A stretch of 64,000 nt of DNA from Candidatus Multivoradales bacterium (lineage in GTDB: Bacteria > Acidobacteriota > Thermoanaerobaculia > Multivoradales > J023), in NCBI GenBank assembly GCA_965248925.1, contig CBDFLE010000005.1, positions 544,001-608,000 of the forward strand. Direction: 5' to 3'. Positions 58,857-64,000 of this stretch are shown here, piece by piece. Under the pieces are notes generated by a model, which saw nothing but the letters and a program-made list of their open reading frames with translations, was not told where the DNA came from and did not search any database. The number at the start of each line of letters is the position of its first letter. Position 1 is the stretch's first letter. The translations under genes were made by a program, and so were the position numbers.

Positions 58857-61517
58857 CTAGAGGACCCCCGCAACCTCCTTGCGCATATAGCCCTCGATCA
58901 AGTCACCAGGTTTGAGGTCCTGGAAATGATCGAGGCCGATGCCGCACTCGAAGCCGTTGCGGACCTCGGAGGCATCGTCCTTGAATCGGCGTAGGGAGGT
59001 GATCTTGCCTTCGTAGACCACTCGGTTATCGCGCAGTACACGGGCCAGGGAGTTGCGGACAACGGTGCCATCGATCACATGACAGCCAGCGATGACGCCG
59101 ATCTTCGGCACTTTGAAAGTCTCGCGTACTTCGGCGGTTCCCTGCTGCACCTCCTCGAAAGTCGGTTCCAGGAGACCAGTCATGGCATTGCGGATTTCGT
59201 CGGCAAGCTCGTAGATGACGGTGTGCAGGCGAATGTCGACTTGCTCCTTGCCAGCCAACATCTTGGCATTGCGTTCAGGTCTGACATTGAAACCGACGAT
59301 GATCGCAGTTGACGCCGATGCCAAGACCACATCGTTGGTGGTCACCGCTCCGACACCGCCGTGAATCATCCGCACCTGTACCTTCTCGGTAGAGAGTTTC
59401 TCCAAGGTATCTCGCAAGACTTCCAAAGAGCCGTGTACATCGGCTTTGACCACCACCAACAGCTCTTTGGTCTCCCCTAGTTCGATCTGGTCGAAGAGCT
59501 GGTCCAGAGACATCCGGCCTGGTTGCGGAGCCAGTTCCCGTTGCCGCTCTTCCCGGCGGCGGAAATCGGCGATGGAGCGGGCCTTCGATTCGTCGGCAAC
59601 TGCCTGCATCGCGTCGCCGGCCGCCGGTAGCTCATTGAATCCCGTCACCTCGACCGGGGTAGCCGGTGGCGCGCTGTCAATCCGCTTGCCGTCTTGATCG
59701 GTCATCGACCGCACCCGGCCCCAGGTGGCACCGGTAACGAAGGCGTCGCCGATCCTCAGGGTTCCGTCCTGGACCAGCACCGTGGCGACGATGCCGCGAC
59801 CGACTTCCTTACGCGATTCCAACACAGCGCCTTGGGCGGGAAGGGAAGGCGAAGCCTTGAGTTCCAACATGTCGGCGTTGAGATGGATCATCTCCAGCAG
59901 CTCGGGAACCCCATCCCCCTTCAAGGCCGAGATCGGCACCGCGACGATGTCGCCACCCCAATCCTCGACCAACAGCCCCTTGTCGGACAGCTCTTTCTTG
60001 ACTCGGTCGGGGTTAGCGTTGTCGCGGTCGATCTTGTTGATGGCTACAATCAACGGCACGTTGGCGGCCCGGGAGTGATCGATCGCCTCCAAGGTCTGCG
60101 GCATGACGCCATCGTCGGCACCCACCACCAGCACCACCAAGTCGGTGATCTTGGCGCCGCGGGCACGCATCAAGGAGAACGCCTCGTGGCCCGGCGTATC
60201 GAGGAAGACGAGCCTGCCACCGCTCTTGGTCCGGACCTCATAGGCCCCAATATGCTGGGTGATTCCACCAGCCTCGCCGGCGGCAACCCGAGTGGAGCGG
60301 ATGGTGTCGAGCAGAGTGGTCTTACCGTGATCAACGTGACCCATGACGGTGATCACTGGCGCTCGCGGTTCCTTCGGTGCCTCCGACTGCTCTGCGGTCT
60401 CCTCGTGCTGCAGTTGGACTTCTTCCTCGAACGAGACCTCCATGGTCTCGACCCCCAACTCCTCGGCCACCTCGCTGGCGGTTGCCACATCGAGCACATG
60501 GTTGATGGTCACCAACATGCCACGGCCCATCAAGATCTTGATCAGATCTTTGGTCTTGATGCCGAGCTTGTCGGAGAAGTCCCGTACCGTCATGCCTTCG
60601 GTGAGGGTCACCGCGCCGCCAGGACGATCTTCCCTAAATTGGATCTGACCAGTCTGCGGGCCCAATTCCTCACGCTTCTTGGCGCGGCGCTTGCCGCGCT
60701 CGGAAACCGGCTCTAGAGGAGCTACCGGTTCGCTGGGAGTGAAGCGACGCTGTGGCCCGTCGTAGCGACGACCGCCGCGGCCGCGGGCCCGATGACGACC
60801 TCTCGGCGGCCTTCCCGGCGGGCCCGCAGGGCGTGGTCCAGGGCGAACCCTGGAGGGGCCTGGGCGGGTACTTGCGGGGGGGCTCACTGGCGCACCAGTG
60901 CCCCTTTCGATCAGGCGCGCGCGGATCTTGCTGCGCGGTGGCTTGAGCGCTTCCGGTGCCTGGGCCGCGGGTGCGGCCGGGCTCGCTGGCGCCGTGGCGC
61001 TAGGAGTGGGTGTCTCCTTGGTTGCGGGCTTGGCCGTGGCTGGTTCCGTGGTCGCCGGTTGGGCGGTGGTTGCCGCGGCAACGGTCGGAGCGACGGCAGC
61101 GGCCGCCTGGGCAGCCTCGGCGGCGGTCGGCACGGCCGCCGTGCTCTTGGTTGGTGCCGCGCTCGCAGCTGGTGGCGCGGCTGCCGCCGTGATCTCGCTC
61201 AGCGGCCGATCCAGGGTGCGAATCCGGGAGTCGACCCGCTGCACCAATGAACGCCTTGGCGGTTTCATGGCGGCGGCCGCTAGCCTAGTCGGTTGGCGCA
61301 CTGCCTCGACTGCCGCTTCCTCGGTTGAGTCGTCGCGCAGAATCACTTCCCGTGGCTGGGGCAGGCGCTTGCCTTGCATGATTGCCTTGATGATATCGGC
61401 ATCGATCAACGAGTCCTCACCATCAAGGCGAACACCGATTGAGCGCAACTTGAACAGGAGATCCTGCTCGGCCATGCCCATTTTCTGGGCCAGATCCTTA
61501 ACCGGAATCTTACTCAT
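58857..61517 (-). CDS. infB: Translation initiation factor IF-2
   Basis: [45 protein letters not shown]...ECGI. Confidence 0.97.
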   Translation of the reverse strand: MSKIPVKDLAQKMGMAEQDLLFKLRSIGVRLDGEDSLIDADIIKAIMQGKRLPQPREVILRDDSTEEAAVEAVRQPTRLAAAAMKPPRRSLVQRVDSRIRTLDRPLSEITAAAAPPAASAAPTKSTAAVPTAAEAAQAAAAVAPTVAAATTAQPATTEPATAKPATKETPTPSATAPASPAAPAAQAPEALKPPRSKIRARLIERGTGAPVSPPASTRPGPSRVRPGPRPAGPPGRPPRGRHRARGRGGRRYDGPQRRFTPSEPVAPLEPVSERGKRRAKKREELGPQTGQIQFREDRPGGAVTLTEGMTVRDFSDKLGIKTKDLIKILMGRGMLVTINHVLDVATASEVAEELGVETMEVSFEEEVQLQHEETAEQSEAPKEPRAPVITVMGHVDHGKTTLLDTIRSTRVAAGEAGGITQHIGAYEVRTKSGGRLVFLDTPGHEAFSLMRARGAKITDLVVLVVGADDGVMPQTLEAIDHSRAANVPLIVAINKIDRDNANPDRVKKELSDKGLLVEDWGGDIVAVPISALKGDGVPELLEMIHLNADMLELKASPSLPAQGAVLESRKEVGRGIVATVLVQDGTLRIGDAFVTGATWGRVRSMTDQDGKRIDSAPPATPVEVTGFNELPAAGDAMQAVADESKARSIADFRRREERQRELAPQPGRMSLDQLFDQIELGETKELLVVVKADVHGSLEVLRDTLEKLSTEKVQVRMIHGGVGAVTTNDVVLASASTAIIVGFNVRPERNAKMLAGKEQVDIRLHTVIYELADEIRNAMTGLLEPTFEEVQQGTAEVRETFKVPKIGVIAGCHVIDGTVVRNSLARVLRDNRVVYEGKITSLRRFKDDASEVRNGFECGIGLDHFQDLKPGDLIEGYMRKEVAGVL

Positions 61518-61573
61518 ACCTACGGGGGCTCCTCCCCTTGGAAAATCTTCCTGGCGGTTGGCCAGGAAGATTT

Positions 61574-63169
61574 TCAGTCGCTCGTTTCTTCGCTGTCGGC
61601 AGCGCTGTCTTTGGTGGTGTCGAGGTCGGCAAAGGCCTGCTCGGCAACCTGCATCTGATCACTTGCGGCGGCGGCCTCTTCGGCTTCCAAATGACCGCTC
61701 TCCTTCATCGCCTTGCTCAGCGCGGCCATGAAGTCGTCTTCACCCATTGACCCAGTGGCGTCTGGTTTGGCCTCAGGCACCGGCAGATCGAGGCTGACGG
61801 AGTCCTCGAGGCCGGCTTGCTCTAGTGCCCAAGCGCGGATCGCCGCCACCGTCTTGGGACCGACTCCTTCGACCGCGGCCATCGCATCCGGTCGCGCATC
61901 GAGCACCGAGCCAAGATCGACAAAACCGGCTTCCCGCAAGGCCTCTCCGACCTTCTCCCCAACTCCCGGGATTGATGGCCAATCGACTTCCGTGTCGTCG
62001 CTCATCGGCTCGTTGGCGGGGAGGCTCTCTTCCATCGCGGTCTGCAGCATCTTGGCCAGCGCGTCGGCGACCTCGTCCTTGACGTCGGATTCGCCCTTGA
62101 TATCGATTTTGCCGACGATCAGCTCGGCGGCCAGACGGACATTCTGTCCGCGTTTGCCGATCGCCAGGGAGAGCTGCTCGTCCTCGACGATCACATCCAG
62201 ATGGGGCACATCGCTGTGATGGGTAATCGATACGCGGGTAATCCGCGCTGGCGCCAGAGCGCTCTGGGCGAAGGTCACTAAGTCGTCGCTGTACTCGATG
62301 ATGTCGATTTTCTCACCGCGTAGCTCGCGGATGATCGACTGCACCCTCGATCCCTTCATGCCGACGCAAGCGCCGACTGGATCGACATCCCGCTCGCGGC
62401 TGTAGACCGCTACTTTGGCCCTTTCGCCGGGGGCTCGCACGGCGCTCTTGATCACTACCGTGCCATCGTAGATCTCAGGCACTTCCATCTCGAAGAGCTT
62501 GACCAACAAGCGCGGATCGGTGCGCGAGAGGACGATCTGCGGTCCCTTGGGTTGAGTGTGCACATCGATAATCACGGCGCGGATGCGCTCGCCCTGGCTG
62601 TAGCGCTCGTGGCGCGCCTGCTCCGGCTTGGGTACCACCGCCTCGGTGCGCCCAAGGTCGACAATGATGTCGCCGCGCTCGAAGCGTTTGACCGTGCCAT
62701 TGAGAATCTCGCCCACGCGGTCGTGGAACTCGTTGAAGATCTTCTCCCGTTCAGCCTCACGGATGCGCTGATAGAGCACCTGCTTGGCCGACTGTGCGGC
62801 GATTCGGCCCAGGCCCTCAGTCGACAGCGGCATCAAGATTTCGTCACCGATGGCGGCCTCGGCGCGCTCGGCTTGTGCTTCCTCCAGCGACCATTCGGCC
62901 AGAGGGTCGACGACTTCTTCAACCACATTCTTGACGATGAAGGCGTCGAACTTACCTGTCGCCGGGTCGAATGTGGAGCGTACTGGCTCCTTGATACGGT
63001 GCTGCTTCTTGGCCGCGGAAGCCATCGCGTCTTCCAATGCGGCAATCCAGCGATCAAGATCGATCGACTTCTCTCGCGAGACCTGCTCGAGCACCTGCAT
63101 GAGGTCAATATCTGGTGTTTGTGCCTGGGCCATCTTCGATTCCGTGTTCGATAAGTCCATGGAGGCCAT
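61574..63169 (-). CDS. nusA: Transcription termination/antitermination factor NusA with C-terminal HhH/acidic extension (start may be 63133)
   Basis: GRIAAQSAKQV, LFEMEVPEIYDG, DPVGACVGMKGSRV, LSLAIGKRGQNVRLA. Confidence 0.96.
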   Translation of the reverse strand: MASMDLSNTESKMAQAQTPDIDLMQVLEQVSREKSIDLDRWIAALEDAMASAAKKQHRIKEPVRSTFDPATGKFDAFIVKNVVEEVVDPLAEWSLEEAQAERAEAAIGDEILMPLSTEGLGRIAAQSAKQVLYQRIREAEREKIFNEFHDRVGEILNGTVKRFERGDIIVDLGRTEAVVPKPEQARHERYSQGERIRAVIIDVHTQPKGPQIVLSRTDPRLLVKLFEMEVPEIYDGTVVIKSAVRAPGERAKVAVYSRERDVDPVGACVGMKGSRVQSIIRELRGEKIDIIEYSDDLVTFAQSALAPARITRVSITHHSDVPHLDVIVEDEQLSLAIGKRGQNVRLAAELIVGKIDIKGESDVKDEVADALAKMLQTAMEESLPANEPMSDDTEVDWPSIPGVGEKVGEALREAGFVDLGSVLDARPDAMAAVEGVGPKTVAAIRAWALEQAGLEDSVSLDLPVPEAKPDATGSMGEDDFMAALSKAMKESGHLEAEEAAAASDQMQVAEQAFADLDTTKDSAADSEETSD

Positions 63170-63201
63170 GGAACGTGAGTAAAAGGGGTCACCGCCGGCT
63201 G

Positions 63202-63702
63202 CTAAACCCTCCCGCCGGTGGCACCGAGAGCTAGCTCTTGTTCGAGATCGAGCCTTGCCGTTTGGATCTGGCTCAAAAGGATTTCGATCTGCCTGCCGGA
63301 CTCGGTGATTGCGATACGCGCCGTGCCGCCATTCTGATTGGTGAAGTCTTGAAGTTCCCCGACAACGGTGCGCTTACTCTGAGATTCTCCGTCAACGAAG
63401 GTCAGGCGGACGAAATGGCCGCAGAAACGGCGGAAGTCGCCAGCGCCGAAGAGCGGCCGATCAAGACCGGGCGAGCTAACTTCAAGCACATACTTGCCGC
63501 CGCCGAAATCGTTTAAGTCGAGGATGGGGGAGAGCTGCTTGGAGACTTTTTCACAGTGCTGCAGAGTGGTGCCATCTGGGTGATCCAGAAGGATCTGCAA
63601 AACGCCCCGATTGAACTCGGCTTGCAGCAGCCGGCACTCGCAGCTGCTGGCTACGGCGGCGATCTCCGCCTCGAGTTCTGCTGTGATTCGAAGGGCGCTC
63701 AC
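63202..63702 (-). CDS. rimP: Ribosome maturation factor RimP
   Basis: CEKVSKQLS.ILD, YVLEVSSPGLDRPL; upstream of nusA. Confidence 0.92.
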   Translation of the reverse strand: MSALRITAELEAEIAAVASSCECRLLQAEFNRGVLQILLDHPDGTTLQHCEKVSKQLSPILDLNDFGGGKYVLEVSSPGLDRPLFGAGDFRRFCGHFVRLTFVDGESQSKRTVVGELQDFTNQNGGTARIAITESGRQIEILLSQIQTARLDLEQELALGATGGRV

Positions 63703-63944
63703 GGGTCGCTGTGTCTCCTACGCCAGTTGCCGGCCGAAACCGATCCCACGCGGCCGTCCGCTGCTTGATAGCGGACGGATGGCCCCGGAAGGCCGCCGTG
63801 TTAAACACGGGGTGGGTCCGGGTTTACGCGATAGTTGGCGTTCTTCATGATCAACGGTCGTTACGTTTCTGCCGGTTCTCGCGCGGGACGACCTCTGGGC
63901 ACTCGCTACTGAAGTCGGTCGGCTTGCAAAAAAAGTTCGGCCAA

Positions 63945-63972
63945 CAAAAAAGGTGGGCGAACTACCCACCCT
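63945..63972 (-). promoter_or_regulatory. rimP-leader-like terminator/attenuator hairpin
   Basis: Minus strand GGTGGGT-AGTTC-GCCCACC-TTTTTT, about 245 nt upstream of rimP; resembles the GGGc...gCCC rimP leader. Confidence 0.6.
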
Positions 63973-64000
63973 CCCGTTGAAGAACTGGCTGGCGCAGTAT

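Noticed and set aside
58656-58994. 112-aa + strand ORF in the infB-DUF503 spacer
   Set aside because: It overlaps infB antisense and has no recognisable motifs or RBS; a non-coding structure is more plausible
1-64000. tRNA/rRNA genes, CRISPR arrays, IS elements, prophage genes
   Set aside because: None recognised by eye; tRNAscan-SE, cmscan and ISEScan would be needed to exclude divergent cases

Overview
A GC-rich bacterial chromosome segment. Gene content, in particular the LCL..GRF and F.DGFE.GD...WS C-terminal motifs and the CHAT/TPR and kinase paralogues, suggests Acidobacteriota, probably Thermoanaerobaculia (inference). The left arm (1-12.1 kb) holds a glycosyltransferase fragment, a Phd-VapC toxin-antitoxin pair, two Ser/Thr kinases plus a TPR-PDZ protein, a threonine synthase-like gene, speB, radC, hslO, a tRNA-binding domain and tatD. 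The right arm (51-64 kb) holds nif3, a REC-HD-GYP gene and the conserved rimP-nusA-infB-DUF503-rbfA-nrnA-truB-rpsO-pnp operon. Between them is a ~38 kb accessory block with six parts: (i) a receiver-TM-Ig chimera, a cohesin-like secreted protein, an exported TPR-CHAT protease and a GGDEF*-EAL protein; (ii) a Calx-beta/poly-Gly surface protein; (iii) a ppk1-DUF5706(Pycsar-effector-like)-DUF3616-OprP phosphate operon; (iv) an MnxG-type giant multicopper (putative Mn) oxidase operon with a beta-propeller, two SCO proteins and a cytochrome c-SBP fusion; (v) a six-gene phosphorelay with twin hybrid kinases, twin OmpR regulators and a His-less pseudokinase; (vi) a transglutaminase-like polymorphic-toxin-style protein with a giant mosaic partner. 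Four frameshifts cluster in 27-38 kb. No rRNA, tRNA, CRISPR array, transposase or integrase was seen. All domain calls come from motif recognition by eye, not from database searches.
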